The notes beneath the pieces were generated by a model. The model ran no database searches. It was not told where the DNA came from and saw nothing but the letters and a program-made list of their open reading frames with translations. This document shows, piece by piece, positions 1 to 13,601 of a stretch of 64,000 nucleotides of DNA. The DNA comes from a candidate division FCPU426 bacterium (GTDB taxonomy: Bacteria; Oederibacteriota; JAAXVQ01; JAUVAV01). The first letter of the stretch is position 1. Every line of letters begins with the position of its first letter. The stretch is from contig JBFLYH010000001.1 of NCBI GenBank assembly GCA_040756875.1, forward strand, positions 832,001 through 896,000, given 5' to 3'. A program made the position numbers and the translations under genes.

Positions 1-2502
<2,502 letters not shown>

Positions 2503-2705
2503 ATATTATATGGCTATCAAGCATTCATTTGGGTTCGCTTGGCATTCTACTTACCCAACTCGAGAAATTGCAGCTCTCATTATGTCAAAGAACGATAGGC
2601 TTTCCAGCCTACGTTAGGAAAAGCGCTACGCACCCATAGGGTGTTTGGCGCTATATGTTCAGCCGATCTTTCCGGCTTTATCCTCTATTTATCACCCATA
2701 AAAGC

Positions 2706-2781
2706 TGGTGGAGATGAGCGGGCTCGAACCGCCGACCCCCTGCTTGCAAAGCAGGTGCTCTCCCAGCTGAGCTACATCCCC
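2706..2781 (-). tRNA. tRNA-Ala(TGC) in the 16S-23S spacer
   Basis: 76 nt, GGGGATGTAGCTCAGCTGGGAGAGC...TTGCAA...GGTTCGAGCCC...CCA; encoded CCA. Confidence 0.97.
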
Positions 2782-2890
2782 GAATATTACCGAGAATCGA
2801 GCAACTTGAGCACATTGGTCGAAATCGAGCATTGTCTGCTCAACTTCCCTGCTTGCTCGATTTCTCCGCTCCGCGCAGGCGGCGCGGAGC

Positions 2891-2967
2891 TGGTGGGCCT
2901 TTCAGGGATTGAACCTGAGACCTCACGCTTATCAAGCGTGCGCTCTAACCAGCTGAGCTAAAGGCCC
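2891..2967 (-). tRNA. tRNA-Ile(GAT) in the 16S-23S spacer
   Basis: 77 nt, GGGCCTTTAGCTCAGCTGGTTAGAGC...CTTGATAA...GGTTCAATCC...CCA; canonical Ile-Ala spacer order. Confidence 0.97.
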
Positions 2968-3106
2968 ACCTCGTTGCCCAACTTGGCAGGCCTTGAACAG
3001 GCCGCATCGGTCTTTCAAAACTAGGCAGCAAAAGCACTTGATGAGTTCGACTTGGGAGACCCGCAGGACGAGCCTGCGGGGTACCAGAGGCCAAAAGCCC
3101 CTGATG

Positions 3107-4682
<1,576 letters not shown>

Positions 4683-4741
4683 AGAATTCGAAATAGCTCT
4701 TTTTAGTCAAAGAACGACAAGGACCTCACCATGTATCTTTC

Positions 4742-4765
4742 GCTGCCTAGTTTTCAAAGACCGAT
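4742..4765 (-). other. rrn leader arm of the 16S precursor processing stem / boxA-like element (pairs with 3006-3029)
   Basis: gctgcctagttttcaaagaccgat (4742-4765) is the reverse complement of atcggtctttcaaaactaggcagc (3006-3029) with one mismatch. The two arms bracket the 16S gene. Confidence 0.8.
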
Positions 4766-4846
4766 CATTTTTCGCGCGGGCGAAAAATATAAACCCCGTA
4801 TCTGCAGGCCCAATCGCAGGATCGGGCAGTAGCAGACAAGGTCTGC

Positions 4847-4900
4847 ATTATACAGATCCGCAGATGAGTGTCAAGTTTTTTTTAAAAAAATTATTTATTC
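4847..4900 (-). promoter_or_regulatory. sigma70-type rRNA operon promoter with AT-rich UP element
   Basis: Minus strand TTGACA (4874-4869), 16-nt spacer, TATAAT (4852-4847); A/T tract upstream at 4875-4898. Confidence 0.9.
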
Positions 4901-4982
4901 CGAAAACACGCGAGGATTGCGGGATTGTCGGGATAAATAGGCAAAGGAAGCATATCCTTATTCGGTTTGCTTGTCAAGCTTA

Positions 4983-7268
4983 TTATGTCAATAAACGGTC
5001 GAGGTCTTCATCCTGCCAGAACAAAACGGAACGGCTGTCGTCGCCTTTCCAGGGCTCGCTTTTCTCGCCTTTTTCCAAATGCCTCAGAAATGCCTCTACC
5101 AGTTCGGGATCAAATTGAGTCCCGGAAAACTTTTTAAGTTCAGCCACTGCCACGCTGATGGGCAGCGCTTTGCGGTAGGCGCGGTCCGAAGTCATGACGT
5201 CCCAGGCGTCGGCCACGGCCACGATTCTGGCGCCCAGCGGAATGCTGTTCCCGGCTTTGCCTTCGGGATAGCCTCCGCCGGCATAGCGTTCGTGATGATA
5301 CAAAATCGTGGGGATCAGGTCTTTCAAAGACTCGATATTTTGTACGATAGACACGCCGAGAATGGGATGCATGGCAATGGTGTCGAATTCCCTGGGCGTT
5401 AATTTGGAAGGTTTGTTTAAAACCGCCTCGGAAATGCCGATCTTGCCGATATCGTGCAACAGAGCGCCATATCTGATTTTCTCGATTTCCTTCTCTTTCA
5501 AACCCATCTCGCGGGCGATAGCCGTGGCATACACCATGACTTTATGCGAATGGCCATGGGTATAGTGGTCCTTGGCATCCACCGCCGCGGCCAGTGCTTT
5601 AATGGAATTTAAATAATCGCGACGCAAGGCGCTGACGAGATGAACGTTTTCAATGGCAATGGCCGCCTGCGACGCCAGCGAGGAAAGGGTATTCAAGTTG
5701 TCATTGGAAAACTGATGGCCGCGCGCCGGATCCGTCAGGCAGATGATGCCGAACTTTTTATTGCTCAGGCACATCGGCGCCGCCAGCAGGATATGACCCG
5801 TATAGATCTCGTCCGTGCCGGGATCGTACATGGGGCTTTGCGTTACATTGGAAATCAGGACTGCCTGGTCCTTCTGATAAATGTGTCCGGTGATGCCGCG
5901 ATTGACCGGCAGTGGCGCCAGATGGCCCTGGGATTCAAGCCCGAAGGAGGCCCGAACAACCAATTCATCCCGGTCCTGGTCATAAATAAGCAAAAAACCC
6001 CGCCTGGCTTTCATGACTTGCATGGTGCGCTTTAAGATCGTCTCGAACAATTCCCCCAGCCGCTTGATGGAGCCGATGTTTTTTCCCACTTCGAAGAGAA
6101 GGGAGAGGTGGTCGGCTTTGCGGCGCAATTCCTCGTACATCTCGACGTTTTGAAGCACCTCCGAGGCCTGCGAACCCAGAGTGCCGAACAATTCCAGGTC
6201 ATTGCGGGAAAAGGCCTCGGGATTTGAGCTTTCCACGGTGATGGTTCCCACTACGCGGTTTTTAGTGCGCAAGGGAACGCACATTTTGCATCTGGATTCC
6301 GGATGGATCGCTTTGCGCCGGGGAGACGCGTCCAGGTTTGTCAGCAACTCGGCTTTGCCGGAAACAGCCACTTCCCCTTCAATGCCCGACCCAACCTTCA
6401 CTTCGAAGCCGCGAAGCTGTTTGGGATCCAACCCGCGCGAAACCCTCACCTTCATGACGTCCGAACCTGATTCTCTGAGCATCAGCGCGCCGGCCGTAGC
6501 CTTCAGCAGGGACATGGCGGTGTCCATGACAAGATTGAGGAGGCGTCCGGAATTATAGGTGGAACTCATCGCAGTATAAATTTCGTGAAACGCCAGCAGG
6601 GCCAAATTCTTCTTCACCAGCATGATATTGGCTTTTTCCAGCTGCCGCGTGGACGTATGGATCCGCAGTTCCATCTCCGACGTCGACTTACGCGCCTCTT
6701 CCAGGGCGTTTTCCTTTTCCGACAGCTGTGAACGCAGTTCCGTTTGGTCGCGGCGGAAGGCCCGTACTCCGAGAGTGGTCAACAGCGTAAGCCCGCATAC
6801 GACGGCCGCCCGTTCCCATGTAAATGGAGACCAAACTGTGCCAGCAGGCGCAAGGTGGATCAGCAGGACCAAAACGGCCAGGGCGCCCGCCCCGCTCAAT
6901 ATCGTCATATGCGGCTTTAGCTGGAAGGCTTGAACCATGATGAGCAAAGGAAGCAGGAAGACCAGCGGACTGGCGATGATCCCGCCGGTATATTGCACCA
7001 GGGCGCCGGTTAAAATCAGATCCACTCCCAATTCCAAATAAGGCTGGATTTTGGAAATTTTGCTGAAATAGGCCCGCAGGGTTAGAATAAAATTATAAAC
7101 AACGGTCAACCCCAAGATGAATAAAACCGGCCAAAATTCAGCAATAGATTTGTTTTGGTTGATTAAAAGGACGACCGCGATGAGCGCCGATATTATCCAC
7201 CACCTGCGGTGGGCATCAAAACGAGCGCGCTGAGGTTGCAGATGCAATTCCTGAGTGGTCATCGACAC
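4983..7268 (-). CDS. Membrane-bound GAF-GAF-HD-GYP cyclic-dinucleotide phosphodiesterase
   Basis: N-terminal TM region (DLILTGALVQYTGG..SP, PilS-N-like), coiled coil, two GAF-like domains, HD-GYP motifs YTHGHS, LLHDIGKIG and HHERYAGGGYP. Confidence 0.9.
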   Translation of the reverse strand: MSMTTQELHLQPQRARFDAHRRWWIISALIAVVLLINQNKSIAEFWPVLFILGLTVVYNFILTLRAYFSKISKIQPYLELGVDLILTGALVQYTGGIIASPLVFLLPLLIMVQAFQLKPHMTILSGAGALAVLVLLIHLAPAGTVWSPFTWERAAVVCGLTLLTTLGVRAFRRDQTELRSQLSEKENALEEARKSTSEMELRIHTSTRQLEKANIMLVKKNLALLAFHEIYTAMSSTYNSGRLLNLVMDTAMSLLKATAGALMLRESGSDVMKVRVSRGLDPKQLRGFEVKVGSGIEGEVAVSGKAELLTNLDASPRRKAIHPESRCKMCVPLRTKNRVVGTITVESSNPEAFSRNDLELFGTLGSQASEVLQNVEMYEELRRKADHLSLLFEVGKNIGSIKRLGELFETILKRTMQVMKARRGFLLIYDQDRDELVVRASFGLESQGHLAPLPVNRGITGHIYQKDQAVLISNVTQSPMYDPGTDEIYTGHILLAAPMCLSNKKFGIICLTDPARGHQFSNDNLNTLSSLASQAAIAIENVHLVSALRRDYLNSIKALAAAVDAKDHYTHGHSHKVMVYATAIAREMGLKEKEIEKIRYGALLHDIGKIGISEAVLNKPSKLTPREFDTIAMHPILGVSIVQNIESLKDLIPTILYHHERYAGGGYPEGKAGNSIPLGARIVAVADAWDVMTSDRAYRKALPISVAVAELKKFSGTQFDPELVEAFLRHLEKGEKSEPWKGDDSRSVLFWQDEDLDRLLT

Positions 7269-7376
7269 ATCCGGTGTAAAATTTTAGGATGACTGACACT
7301 CATTTTTTCACTGGATATAAGTATATCAGAAGAATCACACGCCAACAAGTTCAGGGGCGCAAATCAACAAACAATT

Positions 7377-8174
7377 TTACGGCTGTTTTTCCTTGATAAA
7401 AACGGGGGTCCCGGGGACCGCGTGCAGTTTTGCGGCAGCTGAAGCGTTAGGTGAGATTATTTCCAAATATCCGTTGCTATTGATGATTAAACTCGCCTGT
7501 TCTGCCGGGGCTTCTGAAAAAGTCCTTACCAGCAGAGTGAGTTCATGGGCAGCCACTTGCAGGCTGGCGCCCGGAATACGCAGCCAGATTTCCCCTGGCA
7601 AATTAGTCGTCAAATTTCCAAACCGGTCTTCATGCACGATCCTTCCCCGCCAGATCCCCGCTTCGAAGACGGGTTCGAGTTCTTTAAGGATAACCATGGT
7701 TTTCAAGGGCAGATACCGCGAGGTTTGGAACCCCGAGGCAGCTATCTCAGCGGCCGCGGGGCTGAAAATATCCCGGCCATGAAAGGTATCGGAAACCTCA
7801 CTGCCCACCAGGGGTATTTCATAGATCCGGTGCCGGGGATCAGCCAAAGCCGGCCGGCTGAAAAGTCCGTTGTCAGGGCCGATAAAGAAGTGATCCTGCG
7901 CCTGCAGGATAATAGGCTTCCGGGCGCTTCCCACGCCGGGGTCGACGACACCCACATGAATGGTCCCGGGTGGGAAGGAAGGAAACGCCTCGCCGAGCAG
8001 CCAAGCTCCCCTTTCAATGTCCCAGGGTGGAACTTCATGCGTGATATCAATCAGAACAGGAGCCGAGGCATTGGGACCGGCCTGGTGTTGAAAGACTCTC
8101 CAGAAAGAGCCTTTCATTTCAGCAACATAACTGTCCTGTGTCCCGAAATCCGTCAACCAGGTGATGATGGTCAC
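7377..8174 (-). CDS. SAM hydroxide adenosyltransferase (DUF62 / chlorinase-fluorinase family)
   Basis: Motifs TDFG, DITHEV, VVDPGVGS, GPDNG, TFHGRDIF and DRFGN. Confidence 0.9.
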   Translation of the reverse strand: MTIITWLTDFGTQDSYVAEMKGSFWRVFQHQAGPNASAPVLIDITHEVPPWDIERGAWLLGEAFPSFPPGTIHVGVVDPGVGSARKPIILQAQDHFFIGPDNGLFSRPALADPRHRIYEIPLVGSEVSDTFHGRDIFSPAAAEIAASGFQTSRYLPLKTMVILKELEPVFEAGIWRGRIVHEDRFGNLTTNLPGEIWLRIPGASLQVAAHELTLLVRTFSEAPAEQASLIINSNGYLEIISPNASAAAKLHAVPGTPVFIKEKQP

Positions 8175-8262
8175 CAGGCAACCGTCCTGTCAGATGCTTT
8201 ATACGGAAGAGGCCGCCTTCCACCCCGCGCATGACCGGAGGCCGACAGTGCCGCGGCGCCAT

Positions 8263-8646
8263 TCATGTTTTCGGCAGCGGAACCAAGGGACACTCGCCCC
8301 AGAGCTTCTCGAGGGCATAATAACGACGCGCTTCTTCTTGAAAAATGTGAACGATGACATCGCCCAAATCCAAAAGCACCCAGGTGTTCGATTCCAAACC
8401 TTCGCGATGACGGATGATCAGCCGGTGTTCAGCGCACACTCGTTCGATTTCCAGGCGGATGGCGCGGATTTGGGGCGCGGTTCTGGCCGAAACAATGACA
8501 AAGTAATCGGTGATGATTGAACGTTCTTCCATGTCCAGAATAACCGGACGCAGGGCTTTTTTATTGGCCGCGGCGCAAGCCAGGAGCTGGGCTTTGCGTC
8601 GACCGGAGAGACTGGCTGGACGTTTGGAGATGACCTTTTTCCGCAA
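8263..8646 (-). CDS. rsfS: Ribosome silencing factor RsfS
   Basis: TDYFVIVS, WVLLDLGDVIVHIF and RRYYALEKLW motifs. Start is uncertain (overlaps radC 3' end). Confidence 0.92.
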   Translation of the reverse strand: MRKKVISKRPASLSGRRKAQLLACAAANKKALRPVILDMEERSIITDYFVIVSARTAPQIRAIRLEIERVCAEHRLIIRHREGLESNTWVLLDLGDVIVHIFQEEARRYYALEKLWGECPLVPLPKT

Positions 8647-9310
8647 GACTGATGAACACCCCCTTGCCGATGATGATGTGATCCAACAACCGCAATCCCA
8701 ATAATTCCGCGCCGGCTGCCAAACGTTGCGTCAGCGCAACATCGGATTCGCTGGGCGCAGGATCCCCGCTGGGATGATTATGCGCCACGATGACAGCCGC
8801 TGTCGGATGGGACAGGGCGGCGCGGAACACTTCGCGTGGATGAACCGGGGCCTGATCCAGGCCGCCCAGGCTGATGACCGGCTCTGCCAATAAGCGGTGC
8901 CGGCTGTCGAGCAACAACAGGCAAAAAGCCTCCTGCTCCAGATCGCGCAACCGGGCGGAAATCAATTTGGCCGCCTCTTGGGATGAGCGGACAGGCGGCC
9001 GGGCGGCAACCGCCGGCCGTTCACGCCTGCGGCCCAGCTCACAGGCGGCCACCAGCCGCGACGCTTTGGCTATTCCGATTCCCGAAAGAGCCGCCAAGTC
9101 CGAGACAGCCAGCCTGCCCAGACGCTCCAGGCCTTCACTGCGCTGCAACAAACGCCGTCCCAGATCCACGGCTGTCACTCCCCTGGTTCCCTGGCCCAGA
9201 AGAATGGCGATCAGTTCAGCGTCCGAAAGACTGGCCGGGCCCAGGCGCGCCAGCCGCTCGCGCGGTTTGTCCATCTCCGGCCACTGCGAAAGGGGAACGA
9301 GCCGATCCAT
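8561..9310 (-). CDS. radC: RadC family JAB/MPN-domain protein
   Basis: PRERL..LSDAELIAILL, VHPREVF, HNHPSGDPAPSESD and LLDHIII. ATG 9310 has GGAGG upstream. Confidence 0.92.
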   Translation of the reverse strand: MDRLVPLSQWPEMDKPRERLARLGPASLSDAELIAILLGQGTRGVTAVDLGRRLLQRSEGLERLGRLAVSDLAALSGIGIAKASRLVAACELGRRRERPAVAARPPVRSSQEAAKLISARLRDLEQEAFCLLLLDSRHRLLAEPVISLGGLDQAPVHPREVFRAALSHPTAAVIVAHNHPSGDPAPSESDVALTQRLAAGAELLGLRLLDHIIIGKGVFISLAEKGHLQTSSQSLRSTQSPAPGLRRGQ

Positions 9311-9403
9311 AGGTTTCCTCCCAAGGGGGTATACCTCCTTTGACAGGAAACCCGATAATTCCATGCACCCGTTTCCACGGGCGTGGCTTTTCCGCTGAAA
9401 CGC

Positions 9404-10270
9404 CTAGCGCATGTCCTTGGGCAACTCATACCCCGCGTCAAAAGCGTTATCGTCCACTTGATCCAGCGCTTCCCTGCCGATCGGTTTGGCGCCGGATTCC
9501 TCTTTGGCGCTTTCCGCTTCCGACCCCGCGGGTTTGGCCGGCAGAGCGGGCTCCGTACGCACGATGTCCTTGGCTTGTTTCAATTTTTCCTCATCCGCCT
9601 GGTACAAACTGATTTCCACACGGCCGTTCAGCGTGCGGTGATAATCCGTATCATTGGGGACCACCGGCCGGGAGGGGCCGAACCCCGCGGTCATTATTTG
9701 AACCGGATCCAATCCGCCCTCGGCCGCGAGCAATTGGGCCACTGTTGAAGCCCTGGCCGTCGAGAGGTACAGCAAGGAAGGGTACTGTTTTTTCGCCGCA
9801 GCGGTGAGCTCCTGCAGGCTGGTATGGTCGGTCACCCTGATTTCCATGTCCGAATACGGATTGAGCACGCGCGCGATCTTCAGAAGCAGGGAGCGGCCCG
9901 AAGGCAACAGACGGTCCGATTGGCCAGAAAACAATTGCTTGTCTAAAATGACCAACCGCATGTCCTCGTCCCCTTGTTCCACGGCGATTTCCCTGCTCCG
10001 CACTTCCCGGGACAGGCGCCGTTCCATCTGTTCCCGGATTTGATCAAGGCGTTGCAGAGCGGACACGGTCGCGGTGGAAACGGTGGCATCCGGATTTGCC
10101 GCCAGGGATTTCAGGCGCTTGATTTCCTGCGTTAATTGCTCGTTGGCGCTTTGCAAATTTTGGTTTTCCTGTTTGATGGTCTGATACTCCAGTCCGGACC
10201 GGATCATTCCGCTTTGCATGGCCAGCAGAAACAGCACCAAACACACCACCAAAGTGATCAGTTCTCTCAT
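9404..10270 (-). CDS. OmpA/MotB-family membrane protein
   Basis: N-terminal TM, coiled coil, OmpA-like domain (LF..SD.L, LSTARA, GFG..RP, NGRVEI). Confidence 0.75.
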   Translation of the reverse strand: MRELITLVVCLVLFLLAMQSGMIRSGLEYQTIKQENQNLQSANEQLTQEIKRLKSLAANPDATVSTATVSALQRLDQIREQMERRLSREVRSREIAVEQGDEDMRLVILDKQLFSGQSDRLLPSGRSLLLKIARVLNPYSDMEIRVTDHTSLQELTAAAKKQYPSLLYLSTARASTVAQLLAAEGGLDPVQIMTAGFGPSRPVVPNDTDYHRTLNGRVEISLYQADEEKLKQAKDIVRTEPALPAKPAGSEAESAKEESGAKPIGREALDQVDDNAFDAGYELPKDMR

Positions 10271-12357
10271 TGCCGTGTCTCCTTGCCCTTTTTTCCGTCC
10301 GGAGAGGGCAATTGCACCACATGCTCCGCGGCTTCGGCATATTCGGGGCGGCAGCTGAAGAATAGGATCTGCCGGCTGGCTGAAAGGCTGCGCAGGTAAT
10401 CCAATGCCGCCCGTTCCCGTTCAGGATCGAAAGCGCTCAGCGGTTCGTCCAAGAATAGCGGCGGTTTTCTGCCGCCGCTCAAGGCATCGGTCAGCGCCAG
10501 GCGCAGACTCAGGAAAAACTGGTCGAAAGCCCCCTGCGACAGGACTTCGGGTCCTTCCCACTTGGAGGTTTCAGGTATAAATATCTTACTGGATAAATCC
10601 TCATCGTCAATCGCAATGTTTTTATAGCGGCCTTCGCTCAGCTGTGACCAAAGCTCTCCTGCCTGCTTTTCCAGAACCTGGCGGGCCGGATGCAGGGTAT
10701 CCCGGCGGGCCTGATCCAGCAATTCCAAGGTGGTTTTCAGCACGCGCTCGCGCCGTTCCAAATAAGCGATCCGCCGCCGTATTTCCTCCGCCTGTTCCTC
10801 CGCCTCTGCCAGCCCCTCTTCGAGGCGGGCATCCTGTTCCTGCAAAACCCGCCATCGTTCCGTTTCCGTTTCCAGGGTTTTCAGACGTTCGACAGCCGCT
10901 TCCCGTTCACGCTGCCTAGCGGCCAATTCGGCAGGGGCAAGGCGCAGGGGGTTTAATTCCGGATCAGCCAATACGTCCTCGACCAAACGCAGCTCACGAC
11001 GTACGGCTTGCCAAGGCTCGGGATCCGTCCGGCCCATGGCCGCCAGCGAGCGCGCCAGGGCTTCCCGTTCCGCTCGCAATGCCAGCAGCCGTTCCCAAGA
11101 TTGCAGCAGCGCTTCCGGCGGCAGGGCGCCCGCCGGTTCGCATAGGGCCTTTATCCGGCTCTCCTGAGCGGCCCGCTCGGTTTGCGCTTCCTCGGTTTGC
11201 GTTTGGCGCCGCCTGGTTTGAGCATGCTGGTTCCGTTTTTTTGCCCAACCGGCCGCCGTGGTTCCCAATCCCGCCAACACCAGCAGCCAGCCCGCCCAGG
11301 CACCCCCCTGCCATATCAGCCAGGACCCGGCCAGGGCCAATATGGCTCCGCTCGCGAGAAGAATCCAGGCGCTGCGGTCCGCCGGAAGGGCGGGTTCCAC
11401 GCCGCTAGGCGCTGCCGCTTTTCGCGCCAGCAGATTTTTTAGCTCCTCGATTCCGGCCGCCGGACACCGCGCCGCGGATTCCGCCTCGATTTTCCGGTCA
11501 AGTCGTTCCAGTTCTTCCTGCCATTGGCGGCGGCGCTGGTCCGCCTTTTCGTATTCCGCGTCCCTGAGAATCAACTCCTGTCGCCTCCGGTCGGCTTGGG
11601 ACAGTTTCTCGTTGGCGGCCAGCAATCTGTTTAAGTTGTCCGTGCGTTCGCGCAAGGCGTTCAATTCCAAGGTTGCGGAAGCCCAACGGGTTTCGCGGTC
11701 CTGCCGGTCCCGTTGCTTGCCGGCCATTTCAGCCTGGCGGGCCTGCCAGCGCAGGAGTTGTTCCCTGGCGGCTTTCAACGGACCCGGGTCCTTGGCCGGC
11801 GCCCGTTCGCCTTTGCCCAGCAAACGGAGCGCGTCCTCCAGACGTTTTATCGCGGTCAATGCGTCCTGGCCGGAACTGGCGCCGGTCATCAGACCGGCCA
11901 GCATCTGACCGGTTTGCTTCCGGCTTTCGCGGCTTCCCAAATTGGCCAGGGAACGCACATCCAGCGAGGCGCAAAGGCGGAACAGATCCTCGCTGGGCAG
12001 GCCCAGGGTTTCCAGGACCTGGGACTGGATGGTTTTATACGTGCGGAATTGTTCCTCGCCGCGCAGCAGAAAGATTTTGTTGCCGGCGAAATCCTTGCGT
12101 AATTGGCATAGAACGCCGGCGTCATCGAGGTACTCAAGGCGCACTTCGCAAGGCTCGGTTTGTCCCCAGGTGGTCGCGCTGCGCACGCTGTCGCTGGTCG
12201 TGGTGGGATTGCCGAAAAAAGCCAGCAATAACGCTTCGCGCAGAGTGGTTTTCCCGGATTCATTGGGGCCCCAAATGACGTTGAACCCGGGTTGAAAAGT
12301 GAAACAGGCATGTTTGAATTGTTTGTAGCGGAACAGTTCCAGCTGCTTCAGGACCAT
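10267..12357 (-). CDS. Rad50/SbcC-like SMC-family ATPase (YhaN type)
   Basis: Walker A GPNESGKTT, long coiled coils, signature LSQG and Walker B PLFLDEP; central hydrophobic hairpin. Confidence 0.88.
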   Translation of the reverse strand: MVLKQLELFRYKQFKHACFTFQPGFNVIWGPNESGKTTLREALLLAFFGNPTTTSDSVRSATTWGQTEPCEVRLEYLDDAGVLCQLRKDFAGNKIFLLRGEEQFRTYKTIQSQVLETLGLPSEDLFRLCASLDVRSLANLGSRESRKQTGQMLAGLMTGASSGQDALTAIKRLEDALRLLGKGERAPAKDPGPLKAAREQLLRWQARQAEMAGKQRDRQDRETRWASATLELNALRERTDNLNRLLAANEKLSQADRRRQELILRDAEYEKADQRRRQWQEELERLDRKIEAESAARCPAAGIEELKNLLARKAAAPSGVEPALPADRSAWILLASGAILALAGSWLIWQGGAWAGWLLVLAGLGTTAAGWAKKRNQHAQTRRRQTQTEEAQTERAAQESRIKALCEPAGALPPEALLQSWERLLALRAEREALARSLAAMGRTDPEPWQAVRRELRLVEDVLADPELNPLRLAPAELAARQREREAAVERLKTLETETERWRVLQEQDARLEEGLAEAEEQAEEIRRRIAYLERRERVLKTTLELLDQARRDTLHPARQVLEKQAGELWSQLSEGRYKNIAIDDEDLSSKIFIPETSKWEGPEVLSQGAFDQFFLSLRLALTDALSGGRKPPLFLDEPLSAFDPERERAALDYLRSLSASRQILFFSCRPEYAEAAEHVVQLPSPDGKKGKETRQ

Positions 12358-13475
12358 GGCGCGGTTTCCCTGCCCAGAAGCCAGCTTAAGCCCAACTGGA
12401 GGGCCGCTTCCACTTCTTCCGCTTTTTCCGGGTTCGCAGAAGCTTTCCGCTCCTGGGCCAGGCGGATGAAGCGCCCGATCACCGTGCTCTCGGGATAAAC
12501 CGCCATGGCCTCGGGCGTGAATTCCGCGTGCATGGCGTTGTGCAGACGAACAAAGAAAAAGTCGGGTTCGAGGGCTTTGCGCAGCGCGTCCAGGTCCGGT
12601 GCGGACGTGGGCGCGATCAGGCCGGTAAGGGTGAGGTCTAAAATCGCTTCCGGATCACGCTGCGCTCCGGCCAGTTTGAGAATTGCCGCCTGATCCAGGC
12701 CTTCGGCGGCCAGGCGCAGGATGCGCCGCTTGCCCACAGGCAGGGGTTCGACGCTGGTTTTTTTTCCCTCTTCCAAGGTCACCAGGAGGACGCTTCCCGG
12801 CTCCGCTTCATCCAGGGCGATGGTCTCCGGCGAGCCGGAATACCAGGCCGTGGTGGCTCCTGCCGAGCAATCCCTTTGACGGTGCCAGTGGCCCAGGGCC
12901 AGGTAATCAAGCTGGGTGGCTTCCACTTCAGCCGGCGTGAAAACTGCTTCCCTCAGGGGGTTGGAACCAAGTTCCAGGGCGGCATGCGCCAGCCCGAGGT
13001 GCCAGCCTTCGGCCTCGGTGCGACGCAGCAGGGCCACGGGACGCTTGGGTTCGTCCGCCTGGCGGAGTGAAATGCCCTGGATGGTCACCTGCAGTTCGGG
13101 ATCGTTCCACTCGGCTGTCTGCGGGGTAAAGACAATGAGCTGCCCGGGATATTCGGAGGCCAGCCGGTTCAAGGCCGTTCCCCGGTCCCAGGCGTCGTGC
13201 GTGCCTGCAATCATGAGCACGCGTATGCCGGCGGCGGACAGGCGCGACATAGCCTGGCGCAGCGCAGCCAGCGATTCCGGCGACGGCGCCGCGCTGTCGA
13301 AAAGATCCCCGGCCAGCAATACCAGGCGAACTTGATGCCGGACTGCCAGTTCCGCGATTTCCGCCAGCGTGGCGCGCAACCGTTCGCGCTGGGCGCGTCC
13401 TTTCTCGCCCAATTGCACGAATTTGGCGCCCAAATGCAGGTCAGCGGTATGGATGAACTTGAGCGGAGGTTTCAT
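12348..13475 (-). CDS. Mre11/SbcD-like metallophosphoesterase nuclease (YhaO type)
   Basis: HTADLHLG, AGDLFD, GTHD, YLALGHWH and YSGSPE motifs. ATG at 13475 preferred. Confidence 0.9.
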   Translation of the reverse strand: MKPPLKFIHTADLHLGAKFVQLGEKGRAQRERLRATLAEIAELAVRHQVRLVLLAGDLFDSAAPSPESLAALRQAMSRLSAAGIRVLMIAGTHDAWDRGTALNRLASEYPGQLIVFTPQTAEWNDPELQVTIQGISLRQADEPKRPVALLRRTEAEGWHLGLAHAALELGSNPLREAVFTPAEVEATQLDYLALGHWHRQRDCSAGATTAWYSGSPETIALDEAEPGSVLLVTLEEGKKTSVEPLPVGKRRILRLAAEGLDQAAILKLAGAQRDPEAILDLTLTGLIAPTSAPDLDALRKALEPDFFFVRLHNAMHAEFTPEAMAVYPESTVIGRFIRLAQERKASANPEKAEEVEAALQLGLSWLLGRETAPWS

Positions 13476-13496
13476 CCTAAACCCCAAAAGGGATTT

Positions 13497-13601
13497 GCCA
13501 CGGATGCACACAGATCCATGGGAATACAACATGATCAAATGACGAACACATTTTTTGCCGGTTTTTATTTAATCCTGTGTCCATCCGTATAAATCTGTGG
13601 T
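13497..13601. repeat. Imperfect palindromic intergenic repeat with 9-bp periodic arms
   Basis: Left arm gccacggatgcacacagatccatggga; right arm tcctgtgtccatccgtataaatctgtggt (reverse complement accacagatttatacggatggacacagga). Confidence 0.6.

Noticed and set aside
2792-2890. Inverted repeats between the spacer tRNAs (gagaatcgagcaa/ttgctcgatttctc; gctccgcgc/gcgcggagc)
   Set aside because: Ordinary ITS hairpins; no evidence of a separate element.
7377-8174. Possible fluorinase/chlorinase
   Set aside because: Retains the DUF62 hydrolase-type TFHGRD motif and has no halometabolite cluster context; a hydrolase is more likely.
9404-10270. Zorya ZorB or flagellar MotB
   Set aside because: No ZorA/MotA partner, no ZorC/D/E and no flagellar genes nearby.
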